A stretch of 64,000 nucleotides of DNA, from contig OZ024741.1 of assembly GCA_964016885.1 (NCBI GenBank), positions 206,770,001 to 206,834,000 on the forward strand, written 5' to 3'. The notes under the pieces were generated by a model. That model was not told the origin of the DNA and made no database searches. It saw only the letters and a list, made by a program, of their open reading frames with translations. A program made the position numbers and the translations under genes. Below are positions 13,219 to 26,479 of this stretch, piece by piece; positions within the stretch are counted from its first letter, which is position 1; each line of letters begins with the position of its first letter. Source of the DNA: Eledone cirrhosa (Eukaryota).

Positions 13219-16200
13219 ATGACCTCACTCAGAATAGGCAGCATAAATGCGCGTGGCTTGGGGTCGTCATGGAAGCAGGGCCACCTGCTCAACGACCTCA
13301 GGTCACTAAACATAGATGTAGTGGCCATCAGCGAGACCAGAATCTCCGAAGCACAGGCTTTCGCACCGATCTTCGGCGGCTACGATGTGTACGCATCTCC
13401 CAGCCGTCCGGGATCGGGGGGAGGTGTTGCTGTGCTTTTTCGGAGAGGTTTGGATCTTGCCATACGGGCCATCTTCCTGGACCCAGAAGGTAAGTTGGTG
13501 GTGCTGGACGTGACCAGCGGAGACGGGCAAGCTTTCAGGTTAGTGGCCGTCTATGCCCCGACAGGAGCAGGGCGGCCTGATTTCTTCCGGCGTCTGGAGA
13601 CCTTTCTTGGAACGTCCCGCTCTTTAGTGTTAGTGGGCGACTGGAACGGGATCTTAGATGCACGCTGGGATTGTGTGGGATTAGTGGATAGGGAAGGAGG
13701 GTGCAAGAGTGTCACCAACCTGCTCAGACGTTTTGAACTGTCTGACAGGTACCGAATGGATTTCCCGAATGTACCAATGTGGACTTGGACAAATCGCATA
13801 GGGTCATCCAGATCATATCTAGATAGAGTATTTTGTAGGGAAATAGATAGGTCTAGCATAGGCTGTCCACAATTCAAGATAGTCAGCTACACGGACCACA
13901 AATTCGTGATCTGTGTGCTTGACTTAAATAGGCTTCATAGACGAGGACCCGGCTACTGGAAGCTAAACGCGTCCTTACCAGCGCGCAAGGCCTACAGAGA
14001 CCGGATTAGCGAACTAGTTAAGCGGGCGTTGACGGGGGCCATCGTCAACAACAAGTGGTGGTTTGCTCTGAAAAGAGCAATTAGAATAGAGTCCATTAGG
14101 TTTAGTAAGACTTTAGCAATAGAGAAAAATAGAGCAGAGGGAGAATTAGTTAGAAAATTAGATGAGGCGCTTAGCAAAGGCATCGCGACCGACGTACTTG
14201 CGGCGAAATTGGCCCTTGACCAATTCTTCAATGCAAAGCACGAAGGTTGCGTTGTCAGAGCTAGGGTGCGTGCTCTCAGATACGAGGGGACGAAAGCCGT
14301 TCAATGGGCTCGAGTGGCGGAGGCGCGTCGTGGCAACAAAGCCACGATCCGGTCTTTGGTGGACCACGACGGGCGCATGCTACTCGATCCCGGGCAAATG
14401 TGTGAAGCTTTTCAGCGACACTTCGCTCAACTGTTCGGGGGCAGTGGCGGGCCGGATCGAGGGATGGACTTTAGTGTCTACCTCGACGGACTGCCGCGGC
14501 TTTCGGCCACTGAGGCGGAGTGTTGCGAAAAGCCGATAACAACCGCTGAAGTACGGGATGCAATGACTAGTTGCACAAGGGGTAAATCGCCTGGTTTGGA
14601 TGGTCTGCCCTATGAACTTTACGTACAAATGCCAAACTTGTTCGGAGGCCTCTTGGCGGACGTCTACTGCAACTGGCAACAGAACGGGAGAATTCCCAGC
14701 TCTGTGAGCCGAGGAGCGGTGGCGCTGCTGAGAAAGGATCCGAACAAGGGGGATAACATAGATAATTTTAGGCCCATAACTCTGCTAAACACAGAGTTCA
14801 AGATTTTGGCCAAGGTGCTAGCAAAGAGGTTGGCGCTTGTCGTTGGTGGTCTGGTGGGAGAGGCACAGACATGCGCCATTCCCGACAGATCCATCCACGA
14901 CAACCTCCACCTCATGCGATACATCGTAGAGAGGGTAGCTAGGGAACCTGGCACGGGTGGGTCTTTGATCAATTTAGATCAGTCGAAAGCCTTCGATAGG
15001 GTCGACCATCGTTACCTAGCGGCAGTCCTGAGGGCGGCTGGCTTTGGGCCCGTCTTCAGAGGCTGGATCGCTGCCATGCACAGCGACATCTGCTCTGTAG
15101 TGAGAGTGAACGGTCACCTTTCGGAACCGTTCAACATCATGCGCTCGGTCCGCCAAGGATGTCCCCTCTCGTCCCTATTGTACGTATTGACTCTCGAGCC
15201 ATTACTGCACAAACTGGAGACGTTGAGGGGGGTCCCGCGCGAACTAGGATGCGGAAGATCCGTGTCAGCATATGCCGACGATGTCACCGTAGTGGTGTCG
15301 AACGCCAAACACATCGAGGCGATCGGCACTACACTAAGAGAATACGAAGCGGTGACAGGAGCAATGATCAACCAGGAAAAGTCAGTGGGCCTGCAGCTCG
15401 GCACCTGGAGAGGCAGGTCCATGCCGTCCAACAGCGTCGTCGGGCGCTGGACGGACGGACCGGTTAAATTGCTAGGGGTCTGGTTCGGTCCAGACCTCCA
15501 GACGGACAAAAACTGGGACGAGGTGACGAGCAGGGTGGCTTCTCTCACCCAGAAATGGGCCGAGAGGAAGCTATCCCTGAAAGGTCGAGCGGAGGTGGCG
15601 AATGCGTACATCGCATCCGTCATCTACTACCGCCTGACCGTCGTACCTTGTCCTAAGCCCCGCCTGACTGCGCTGGAGCGTTTGCTCTTTCGCTTCTTGT
15701 GGAAGGGACGCGCTCCGATGGTCAGGCGGTCCATCTGCTGTCAACACCCGCTACGTGGAGGGCTGGGCATGCCGTGGCTGATGATGCGCAGACACGCGCT
15801 CAGGCTACGACATCTCCACCTCCTCCTCGACGGTGATCAGGTGTGGTCGCCGTTTGCAAGACACGTTTTTCCCCAGCTCGTCTCCTTGACGGAGCTGCAG
15901 TCCTGGGTCAAGCGAAGACCGAGAGGGAGCGCTTGGAGACTGGAATGTCTTCAGGCGCTCACAGCCCTCGACCAATCGGGCAATGTGATCGGTGGAAACT
16001 CCACCTTGGCGTTCTATAGGGGATTAGTGGAGGGGAAGAGCGACGACGTACTTGGAGAAACTCTAGGCGTCGACGAAAATCAACTAGCCAATCTCTTCGG
16101 AAGGACTTTCGGGCCGGGGCCTATGGACAACTTCCAGAAATCCCTGGCCTGGCAGTGCTACCGAGGAGCTTTGCCAGTTCGGGATAAACTCTACAGGCAT

Positions 16201-16278
16201 GGAGGTGCCGTCAGCCGGGCATGTCCGAGATGCGCGCAGGGCGACGAAACCGTCCTGCACGCACTCGTCCATTGCTGA
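13219..16278 (+). CDS. Tx1 ORF2: AP endonuclease + reverse transcriptase + C-terminal zinc finger; C-terminus (to 16627) shifted out of frame by an ~11-nt deletion
   Basis: SINARG, ISET, VYAP, GDWN, YLDR, TDH (APE); WKLN, GKSPGLDGLP, NFRPITLLN, DQSKAFDRV, QGCPLS, YADD (RT); CPRC..ETVLH. Confidence 0.93.
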   Translation: MTSLRIGSINARGLGSSWKQGHLLNDLRSLNIDVVAISETRISEAQAFAPIFGGYDVYASPSRPGSGGGVAVLFRRGLDLAIRAIFLDPEGKLVVLDVTSGDGQAFRLVAVYAPTGAGRPDFFRRLETFLGTSRSLVLVGDWNGILDARWDCVGLVDREGGCKSVTNLLRRFELSDRYRMDFPNVPMWTWTNRIGSSRSYLDRVFCREIDRSSIGCPQFKIVSYTDHKFVICVLDLNRLHRRGPGYWKLNASLPARKAYRDRISELVKRALTGAIVNNKWWFALKRAIRIESIRFSKTLAIEKNRAEGELVRKLDEALSKGIATDVLAAKLALDQFFNAKHEGCVVRARVRALRYEGTKAVQWARVAEARRGNKATIRSLVDHDGRMLLDPGQMCEAFQRHFAQLFGGSGGPDRGMDFSVYLDGLPRLSATEAECCEKPITTAEVRDAMTSCTRGKSPGLDGLPYELYVQMPNLFGGLLADVYCNWQQNGRIPSSVSRGAVALLRKDPNKGDNIDNFRPITLLNTEFKILAKVLAKRLALVVGGLVGEAQTCAIPDRSIHDNLHLMRYIVERVAREPGTGGSLINLDQSKAFDRVDHRYLAAVLRAAGFGPVFRGWIAAMHSDICSVVRVNGHLSEPFNIMRSVRQGCPLSSLLYVLTLEPLLHKLETLRGVPRELGCGRSVSAYADDVTVVVSNAKHIEAIGTTLREYEAVTGAMINQEKSVGLQLGTWRGRSMPSNSVVGRWTDGPVKLLGVWFGPDLQTDKNWDEVTSRVASLTQKWAERKLSLKGRAEVANAYIASVIYYRLTVVPCPKPRLTALERLLFRFLWKGRAPMVRRSICCQHPLRGGLGMPWLMMRRHALRLRHLHLLLDGDQVWSPFARHVFPQLVSLTELQSWVKRRPRGSAWRLECLQALTALDQSGNVIGGNSTLAFYRGLVEGKSDDVLGETLGVDENQLANLFGRTFGPGPMDNFQKSLAWQCYRGALPVRDKLYRHGGAVSRACPRCAQGDETVLHALVHC

Positions 16279-16869
16279 CTTGTGGGTTTATGTCGAACAC
16301 CTGCTGTCACGTGTAGGACCTATCCAGCTATCAGCTGAGTCCATCGTGAGGATTGCCCCGCCCCCTTCCTTTAGCCTGGAAGGGCAGGCAGTTTTTATCT
16401 GTCTGGTGGCCATAGCGAAAGAGATAGTATGGTGGACACGTTTGAAAGGGCTGAAGACGAGCACTTACCTCTTCGGTGATGCCCTGATTAACTTTTTCAA
16501 ATTTCATTTGAAAAGGAAAATCAGGGTAGAGAGGGAAGTGCTCTCTTCCCAGCATTTTGTTGAAAGATGGGTGAGAGAAGCAAGTATGGCCCGAATGAAT
16601 GGGCCTTCTCTGAGTATGTGTCTGTAAATTAAAGGTGGAAAACTGGGAGAGGGCACTTGCCCTGGTGGACAGGGCCACTGTGGTCTTTTAATGGGCTTTC
16701 TCCACAAATGTCCCTTGGAAGTCTCCCCCCTATTGGGGAATTTTTCTTTGTTATTTTATTTCAACCTCTGTTTTTTTACACGCAGAAATGCCCATTTGTA
16801 CCGTCCTGTATTGTCCTGTACTGTCCTTAATGTCTACTTTATGTGAACCCTTGTGGTTAATAAAGAAAA

Positions 16870-16909
<40 letters not shown>

Positions 16910-19900
16910 GGCGACCTACGTAGGAAATCGTATTATCGTTTGCTCCGCAAAGGTTTGTTGTTTTCAGTTGTTTAAATTTGCCATTTATGGAAATGTTTTA
17001 TTGCACATACATTGTTTTCTGAAAAGGACACTCAAAAAGATTGGGGTCTTGAGCCCAAAATTTAAACATTTATAATTATCAAACAAAAATTTCTTTGAAA
17101 AAAAAATCATGGACGATTCACAGTCACACCTTCCTCACAAACTAACACCTCACACCGACACGCCGATTGTAAATATTACTACGTTTGCCAACACTAAAAA
17201 TATAAGCAGTAGCAATAATTTAAATTTGTCTCATGCAGACGTTCATTTCCCGCCATTACCAATGACTGCAGGTGTTGAAGCCGCCACCCAACCACCACCA
17301 CAACGACAACAGAAATAAAATAAAAAAAAAAAATTATCTCGTGACATTGAAATGGATTCACCCAAAATCGACTCTTCCCCACCGAACACCACTGACGCCA
17401 CTACTACCACAACTGAAACTAAAAATAACAATAACAAAAATAACGATAACAAAAACACCAACAACAACAATGAGAATAAGAAAACCACCCTGTCTTTTGC
17501 CAGAGTAGCAAAAAAGTGCGAAGCAATCCAGGTAACTCAGGAGGAATTAGATGAGGCCAAGCGAATGGCAAAGAAAGATGGGTACAGGGTCAGACTCACG
17601 CCCCCACCTAATAAAATGAAGCATCGGCGCCTATGCACTGTGTCTTATCGGATTAACATAAAATCGCGCCGAGTGGAACGAGCATCCGAGTCTCAAATCC
17701 AAAAAGCTTTGGGACATGTGTGGGCAAAAAAAACCCACATCAGACGTGGGCAGAAATATGGAACCGTAGACGTGTTCTTGGAAACACCACAGGAGGCCAG
17801 GGAACACTCCATGGCCCCATTAAGATGTGACGACTTCACACTCGTCCCAAGCTATTGTGACCCACGTTCCACCGGCCATCGAAATTCCCTGACTAATGGC
17901 TGCCGTCCTCGCCGGAATCGAGGCCAACACCAAGATAATCGAAATAGCGAAAGAAAAGAAGGAAAACTGGTCCGGATCTGGAATGGAGCTCCTGATCCAA
18001 GCGTACCAAAAAAGCATTGAGGAGATCCCAGAGGTAATAGACCTCATTGATGGCAGCCACCTCACCGTAATCGTCGAGGGCAGAAGGCCTAGGTGTGTCG
18101 TTTGTGGTGAAGGAACCCACCTAAGGGCTTTCTGCCCTCAGGCTAAAAGGTTGAGGCCTCCTCTCTTACCCACCCCAGTGACTCAACCATCAACACCACT
18201 AGCAGCAGAAATGGCCGCAACAACTGCAGCAGCAACAACAGAAGCAACTGTAACAGCAACAACCCCAGCAACAGTAACAAAACCAACACCACCACCACCA
18301 CCACCCAACGCGCCGGAACTAGCACCAGCGCCTACACCATCCACCACGCCACAACCAAAACCAACGCCTGTGGAGGATTTTCCACTCCCCGACCTATCGC
18401 CGCAACTGGAGACAGATTGTGACGACGAGGAGTGGAAAACTGTATCAGGAAAAAAGTAAAAAAAAGAAAATGAAACCAAAAAAGAAAAAAATCCCCTTCC
18501 TTCCCCCTCCAAAAACAAAATACAGAGGGAAACAAATAAACTATCAAACAAAAAAGTTAGGACAGCTACGCCACCATCCACACCAGCATCACCAACCCCA
18601 TCACCACAAACACCAACACCATCACCATCACCCAACACCACCATCACCAACACCACAAAAGTCACCAAAAAGCGAAACAGAAACAAACCCGCAACAAACG
18701 CTAACAAAACAAAACATCCAAATCGATACACACTACACAGCATTAAATTTGAACAACCAATTATTACACTACATCCAACACAACACCAGCATCACAGAAA
18801 GAGACTACACAACAACCCAAAAGTTCACACCACCTCCACACATACAAATCACTCGCATCACACAGAAAACGTACACGACACTAAAACAAAAATTCCCCAA
18901 AGACATCGGAGAATTCCGACAAACACTCTTCAGGAGGATTTATAAGGACATCCTTCCGGAGGATGGCCACAAGCAGTGAAAAGGATGGAGAAACCATCCT
19001 TCCTCTACAAGAAATAAGGTAAGTGGTATTTCCCATCTTTTCCACTCTATTTCAACATGACCTCAGTCAGAATAGACAGCATAAAAGCGCGTGGCTTGGG
19101 GTCGTCATGGAAGCAGGGCCACATGCTCAACGACCTCAGGTCACTAAACATAGATGTAGTGGCCATCAGCGAGACCAGAATCTCCGAAGCACAGGCCTTC
19201 ACACCGATCTTCGGCGGCTACAATGTGTACGCATCTCCCAGCTGTCCTGGATCCGTGGAGGAGTTGCTGTGCTTTTTCGGTGAGGTTTGGATCTCGCCAT
19301 ACGGGCTATCTTCCTGGACCCAGAGGGTAAGTTGATGGTGCTGGACTTGACCAGCGGAGACGGGCAAGCTTTCAAGCTAGTGGCCGTCTATGCCCCGACA
19401 GGAGCAGGGCGGCATGATTTCTTCCGGCGTCTGGAGATCTTTCTTGGAACGTCCCACTTTTTAGTGTTAGTGGGCGACTGGAACGGGATCTTAGATGCAC
19501 GCTGGCACTGTGTGGGATTAGCGGATAGGGGAAGGGTGCAAGAACCTCACCAACCTGCTCAGGAGTTTTGAACTGTCTGACAGGTACCGATTGGATTTCC
19601 CGAATGTGCCAATGTGAACTTGGACAAATCGCATAGGGTCATCCAGATCATATCTAGATAGAGTATTTTGTAGGGAAATAGATAGGTTAGCATAGGCTGT
19701 CCACAATTCAAGATAGTCAGCTACACAGACCACAAATTCGTGATTAGTGTGTTTGACTTAGATAGGCTTGATAGACGAGGACCCGGCTACTGGAAGCTAA
19801 ACGCGTCCCTACCAGAGCGCAAGGCCTACAGAGACCGGATTAGCGAACTAGTTAAGCGGGCGTTGACGGAGGCCATCGTCAATATCAAGTAGTGGTTTGC

Positions 19901-22694
19901 TCTGAAAAGAGCGATTAGAATAGAGTCCATTAGGTTTAGTAAGGCTTTAGCAATAGAGAAAAATAGAGCAGAGGGAGAACTAGTTAAAAAATTAGACGAG
20001 GCGCTTAGCAAAGGCATCGCGACCGACGTACTTGCGGCGAAATTGGCCCTTGACCAATTCTTCAATGGAAAGCACGAAGGCTGCGTTGTCAGAGCTAGGG
20101 TGTGTGCTCTCAGACACGAGGGGACGAAAGCCGTTCAATGGGCTCGAGTGGCGGAGGCGCGTCGTGGCAACAAAGACACGATCCGGTCTTTGGTGGACCA
20201 CGACGGGCGCATGCTACTCGATCCCGGGAAAATGTGTGAAATTTTTCAGCGACATTTAGCACAGCTGTTCGGGGGCAGCGGCGGCGGGCCGGATCGAGGG
20301 ATGGACTTTAGTGTCTACCTCGACGGACTGCTGCGGCCCACGGTCACTGAGGCGGAGTGCTGCGAAAAGCCTATAACAGCCGCTGAAGTACGGGAGGAAA
20401 TGACTGACTGCACAAGGGGTAAATCGCCTGGTTTGGATGGTTTCCTCTATGAACTTTACGGACAGATGCCAGACTTATTCGGAGGCCTCTTGGCGGACGT
20501 CTACTGCAACTGGCAACAGAACGCGAGAATTCCCAGCTCTGTGAGCCGAGGAGCGGTGGCGCTGCTGAGACAGGATCCGAACAAGGGGGATAACATAGAT
20601 AATTTCAGGCCCATAACTCTGCTAAACACAGAGTTCAAGATTTTGGCCAAGGTGCAAGCAAATAGGTTGGCGCTTGTCATTGGTGGTCTGGTGGGAGAGG
20701 CGCAGACATGCGCCATTCCCGACAGATCCACCCACGACAACCTCCACCTCATGCGATACATCGTAGAGAGGGTAGCTAGGGAACCTGGCACGGGTGGGTC
20801 TTTGATCAATTTAGATCAGTCGAAAGCTTTCGATAGGGTCGACCATCGTTACCTAGCGGCATTCCTGAGGGCGGCTGGCTTTGGGCCCGTCTTCAGAGGC
20901 TGGATCGCTGCCATGCACAGCGACATCTGCTCTGTGGTGATGTGAACCTTTCGGAACCGTTCAACATCATGTTCCCGGTCCACCAAGTATGTCCCCTCTC
21001 GTCTCTCTTGTACGTATTGTCTCTCGAGCCATTACTGCACAAACTGGAGACGTTGAGGGGGGTCCCGCGCGAACTTGGAGGCGGAAGATCCGTGTCAGCA
21101 TATGCGAACGATGTCGCCGTAGTGGTGTCGAACGCCAAACACATCGAGGCGATGGGCACTACACTAAGAGAATACGAAGCGGTGACAGGAGCAATGATCA
21201 ACCAGGAAAAGTCAGTGGGCCTGCAGCTCGGCACCTGGCGAGGCAGGTCCATGCCGTCCAACAGCGTCGTCGGGCGCTGGACGGACGGACCGGTTAAATT
21301 GCTAGGGATCTGGTTCGGTCCAGACCTCCAGACGGACAAAAACTGGGACGAGGTGACGAGCAGGGTGGCTTCTCTCACCCAGAAATGGGCCGAGAGGAAG
21401 CTATCCCTGAAAGGTCGAGCGGAGGTGGCGAATGCGTACATCGCATCCGTCATCTACTACCGCCTGACCGTCGTACCTTGTCCTAAGCCCCGCCTGACTG
21501 CGCTGGAGCGTTTGCTCTTTCGCTTCTTGTGGAAGGGACGCGCTCCGATGGTCAGGCGGTCCATCTGCTGTCAACACCCGCTACGTGGAGGGCTGGGCAT
21601 GCCGTGGCTGATGATGCGCAGACACGCGCTCAGGCTACGACATCTCCACCTCTTCCTCGACGGTGATCAGGTGTGGTCGCGGTGTGCTAGACGCGTCTTT
21701 CCCCAGCACATTTCCTTGACGGAGCTGCAGTCCTGGGTCAAGCGAAGACCGAGAGGGAGCGCCTGGAGACTGGAATGTCTTCAGGCGCTCACAGCCCTGG
21801 ACAAATCGGGCAATGTGATCGGTGGAAACTCCACCATGGCGTTCTATAGAGGATTAGTGGAGGGGAAGAGCGACAGCGTTCTTGGAGAAACTCTAGGCGT
21901 CTACGAAAATCAACTAGCCAATCTCATCGGAAGAACTTTCGGGCCAGGGCCTATGGACAACTTCCAGAAATCCCTGGCCTGGCAGTGCTACCGAGGAGCT
22001 TTGCCAGTTCGGGATAAACTCTACAGGCATGGAGGTGCCGTCAGCCGGGCATGTCCGAGATGCACGCAGGACGACGAAACCGTCCTACACGCACTCGTTC
22101 AGTGTCCGAGCATTGCTGACTTGTGGGTTTATGTCGAACACCTGCTGTCACGTGTAGGACAGATCCAGCTATCAGCTGAGTCCATCGCGAGGATTGCCCC
22201 GTTCTCTTCCTTTAGCCGGGAAGGGCAGGCAGTTAGTTTTTATCTGTCTGGTGGCCATGGCGAAAGTGATAGTATTGTGGACACGTTTGAAAGGGCTGAA
22301 GACGAGCACTTACATCTTCGGTGATGCCCTGATTGACTTTTTAAAATTTCAATTGAAAAGGAAAATCAGGGTAGAGAGGGAAGTGCTCTCTTCCCAGCAT
22401 TTTGTTGAAAGATGGGAGAGATACTTTGAGTATGTGTCTGTAAATTAAAGGTGGAAAACTGGGAGAGGGCACTTGCCCTGGTGGTCAGGGTCACTGTGGC
22501 TTTTTAATGGGCTTTCTCTACGAATGTCCCTCGGAAGTCTCCCCCCTATTGGGGAATTTTTTCATTGTTCTATTATTACATCCTCTGTTTCTTGTTTTTT
22601 TTTACACGCAGAAACGCCCATTTGTACCGCCCTGTATTGTCCTGTACTGTCCTTAATGTCTACTTTATGTAAACCCTTGTGGTTAATAAAGAAA

Positions 22695-22696
<2 letters not shown>
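16910..22696 (+). mobile_element. Tx1-clade retrotransposon, copy 2 (more decayed)
   Basis: Same termini as copy 1; fragmented ORF1/ORF2; YADD mutated to YAND; AATAAA at 22685-22690 followed by (ATT)n. Confidence 0.92.
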
Positions 22697-22788
<92 letters not shown>

Positions 22789-23942
22789 CAAACAATTCTG
22801 ATCAAAATCTGAATATCCTATATAAAGTAATTGATGATGTGGGGGAAAACGCTAGGAATGCAAATAAGCAGATGAAATTTTAAAATGTACAAATATCTTT
22901 ATTGCCTTGCTCAACCGTGGCATGATAGTGTTTTCCCCTCCAAGACAGCACTAATGCAATCAGACGTGTTTCAGATCAAATATTTGCTGTGATCGTTTGG
23001 ATCTCGTTTTCCTAAGACCCTATAAAACTTATATATGGTTCAGGTTAGATATTCCTGGCCATTTATTAAATACAGTGGCATCATTAGCTCTAAACTAGTT
23101 GTTTATGCTTATCCACTCAGTAGGTAACTTCCTCAGAATATCCAGTCCTGTACACTATCCAACAACTCTTGCGTGACTCTTGCAAGTGTACGTCTGGGAT
23201 CGTACCTAAAGTCTAATGGACAATGAACGAAAGGAGTATTAAATGCTAATTCCTGTATGAATATTTAGTCACCATACTCCTCCTTAGACCAATGTTAATA
23301 TTCTTAACAGTATTGCAGGTGTTGTTGCATGATTTTTTTTAAAATTCTGTGACAACCTAATTTGCGCTGGATGTTTAGCAACTAGATTGAAATCTTCCTG
23401 CAATCAACGTCTTATTGCCTTAGTGCTGCAGTTACTGTGCTTTTGTGGTACTGCTAGTTGTGAATACAGAGGCTTGAAAAAGATAATGAAACATACGATC
23501 AGTTTAAAGAGCTTTGTTACTAAATCAAAGAGTTGGATAAAAATAATTTTGTATATGAGAATATACAAAATTATTTTTATCCAACTCTTTGACAGAAACT
23601 GGAGAAAAGTTTCTGGACTGCACTATGAGATATTAGTTCAGTTTGTATCTTCTTGAACGTAAATCCATTGTCATGTAAAGCCTATTTGACCCAGTTTTCG
23701 GATATATCTGATCAGTACATTACATTTATAAAATATTTATGTACATTCAAGTATCTTAAAGAACGAAAAAAATAAATTATGAAAAAAAAACAGTATATAT
23801 ATGTACTATACGTGATATAAGTAAATTAATGTTGTTAATACAAAGTACTATCAAACAAGTGATCACTTCTTTCCTTTATATCAAAAAAATTTCAAAAGAT
23901 ATTAAATTTCCTCTTTTGTATTCAGAATTTTCGTCTGGATTT

Positions 23943-24021
<79 letters not shown>

Positions 24022-24819
24022 GAAATTTAAAAAGTGTATGTACAAAATACACGTCTAATTGTAATAGTTAAAGAATTGAACCAAATCAGTGTAAGCTAAC
24101 TAAACACTTCACAAGTTGTCAGTGCTACTAAAGGTTACAACAATGTTCTGTGCATTTGTTTATTTAAAACACTATATCTTGGCGTGGTACTTCCTTATGA
24201 CTGTTGGAGTCCACGTGACATAATCACAAATACCGTGAAACATTGCTAATATTCAACAATCTATGATACTTTCTATACTCAAGACAGCGTAATCTAGCGA
24301 AATGTTTTTCTTGCTGTTGTTGCTGATATAATATTGATATAATATTGCAACTGCTATTAATATGGTTGATATTGTTGTTGTGGTTTATCCCCGAAGACAA
24401 CTGTATCTAGGACACAATAATTCACTGACTACATGAATATTTATGAACGTAGGTAGTTTGATTTGTGGTAAAAATGACGGCTCTTTGTATCTGTTTGTAC
24501 GAAAAGATGAAGTCATCTCGTTCTGTCGCTTGAATGAGAACTATACTTTAGTTCTCCGAGACGGCGAATCAACATTTCTACGTTACTTCGTCCCGTGGAA
24601 CAGATTGAAATGATAAAATTATTGCAATATTTCCCCATTGAAAGCACGTTGACAATAAACAGGAGAAACCGCTCTAAGATAGTTATCCATTGGGTATTTA
24701 ACACAATAATTCATGGATATTAACATCAAATTTCTCACACGAAAATGACAGTCTCCCAAACCACCTTGTGGGTATACTTATTAGAAATGAACTATTCTCA
24801 CTCTTAAACAAGTATTAAC

Positions 24820-25222
24820 GCTGAAGAGGAAATGCGAGAACAAGAGGGATACTTAAGACAAATTCAAGCCCCAAACTCTGTTAAACACAGAGTTTAAGAT
24901 TTTGGGCAAGCTGTTAGCGAAGAGGTTAACGCTTGTCGTCGAGCGTTTGGTAGGGCAGGAGCAAACTTGTGCAATACAGACCAGGTCCATACACGACATC
25001 CCCCACATCATACGATACACCATAGATAGTGTACGGTGTACACCTGTCTTCAGTAACGCTCTAATCAATTTAGATCAATCGAAAGCTTTCGATAGGGTCA
25101 AACACCGATACTTGGAGGCTGTCCTCAAGGCAACTGACTTCGGTCCCGTCTTCAGAAGCTGGATCACTGCAATGAACAGCAGCATCTGCTCGGTGGTCAA
25201 AGTTAATGGCCATCTTTCGGAG
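24820..25222 (+). mobile_element. Tx1 RT fragment (related subfamily)
   Basis: LLNTEFKILGKLLAKRL...NLDQSKAFDRV...VNGHLSE, homologous to ORF2 at about 14770-15125. Confidence 0.88.
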
Positions 25223-25322
25223 CAGATTCCATTGGTGGGGCGGTCCTTCTGCTGCTAGAAATAGTCCAGAAATAGCCGTCGAATCGGCTTGAGCTCTTCC
25301 GTCGGGGTCTTGAGCATTTTCC

Positions 25323-25394
<72 letters not shown>

Positions 25395-25397
<3 letters not shown>

Positions 25398-25608
25398 CAG
25401 TCACAACGGTGACTAATACAGGTACTTACCTTTGGGTTATGCACTCCAACTCATTCAGCAAGTTATAACAGGTTGTATGAGTTGAAGTGCATAAACCAAC
25501 GAAAAGTAAGTTGCTGTATATTTCATCCTTGTAACTGATTTTACTTAACTTGTCATATTGACTGAGTGCTCTTAGACTTGGATATTTCTACCAAACCTTT
25601 ACAACAGT
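25395..25608 (+). mobile_element. Short PLE-type fold-back (arms 25395-25540) plus tail, in (TA)n
   Basis: Degenerate inverted repeat with decayed hammerhead-like core; tail carries GAGTGCT at 25564. Confidence 0.55.
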
Positions 25609-25626
25609 ATATATATATATAGTGAT

Positions 25627-25945
25627 TTGGCGATATACCGTATATTTAATTAAAAACATTTTGAAGACCTTCCGCTATCATTTTAAAATAGTGAATATGT
25701 CAATTATTTCTTTTTTCAGCAAAGGAAGGGAGAGAAGCTGGTAGATTCTGTTTCACACTGTTGGTGTTCCTCAGAGCAACGTACTCCCCGCCTTAAAATT
25801 ATAGAGGCTGGATTGTTATAGAAATCCAGTAATAATCAGGAACTGATTATACAGAGCGATTGCCGGTCCAGCAAAAATTATAGCGCAAAAATAATAGCGC
25901 AAGGTCTTCAAAATGTTTTTAATTAAACATACGGTATATTGCCAA
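25627..25945. mobile_element. Element with ~58-bp terminal inverted repeats and an internal degenerate hammerhead (minus, 25737-25787)
   Basis: TTGGCGATATACCGTATATTTAATTAAAAACATTTTGAAGACCTT is mirrored at 25888-25945; CTGAGGA-ACAC/GTGT-GAAA core on the minus strand. Confidence 0.65.
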
Positions 25946-26336
25946 CTATACATACATTCATGTATACATCGCTATTTCAGAGCACCAATCCTAATTTATA
26001 TATATATATATATATATATATACATACATTCATGCACATATATATAGGCATTTACGCACAAATATGTACATGTATACGTAAATGTATGTATGTACGTATG
26101 TATATATGTATGCATGTATGAATGCATGTATGTCTGAATGTAAGTTCGTATGTATATATATATATATTTATAAAAGTGACACTTCAGGCTTTCAAGTTGA
26201 CAATTTATAGCCTAAATATTTTCTGCACTACCATTGCTAAGGTATTTCTACAATGGTCGTAACGGTGTGATAGTCTCCAATAGCAATAAGCGATAAGCAT
26301 GAATGTTACTCTTTGGAGGATATAAACCCAATTATG

Positions 26337-26479
<143 letters not shown>

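Larger units (their letters stand above)
10965..16870 (+). mobile_element. Tx1-clade (L1 group) non-LTR retrotransposon, copy 1
   Basis: Two ORFs; 5' end GGCGACCTACGTAGG; AATAAA at 16859-16864 followed by (ATT)n. Confidence 0.92.

Noticed and set aside
1424-21453. ORFs antisense to or overlapping the retrotransposon ORFs
   Set aside because: Shadow frames with no independent motifs
1-22749. Telomeric retrotransposon array
   Set aside because: No TTAGGG or TTAGG repeats; the spacers are (TTA)n
22800-23660. Possible decayed coding sequence
   Set aside because: No recognisable motifs in the frames read; would need a translated homology search
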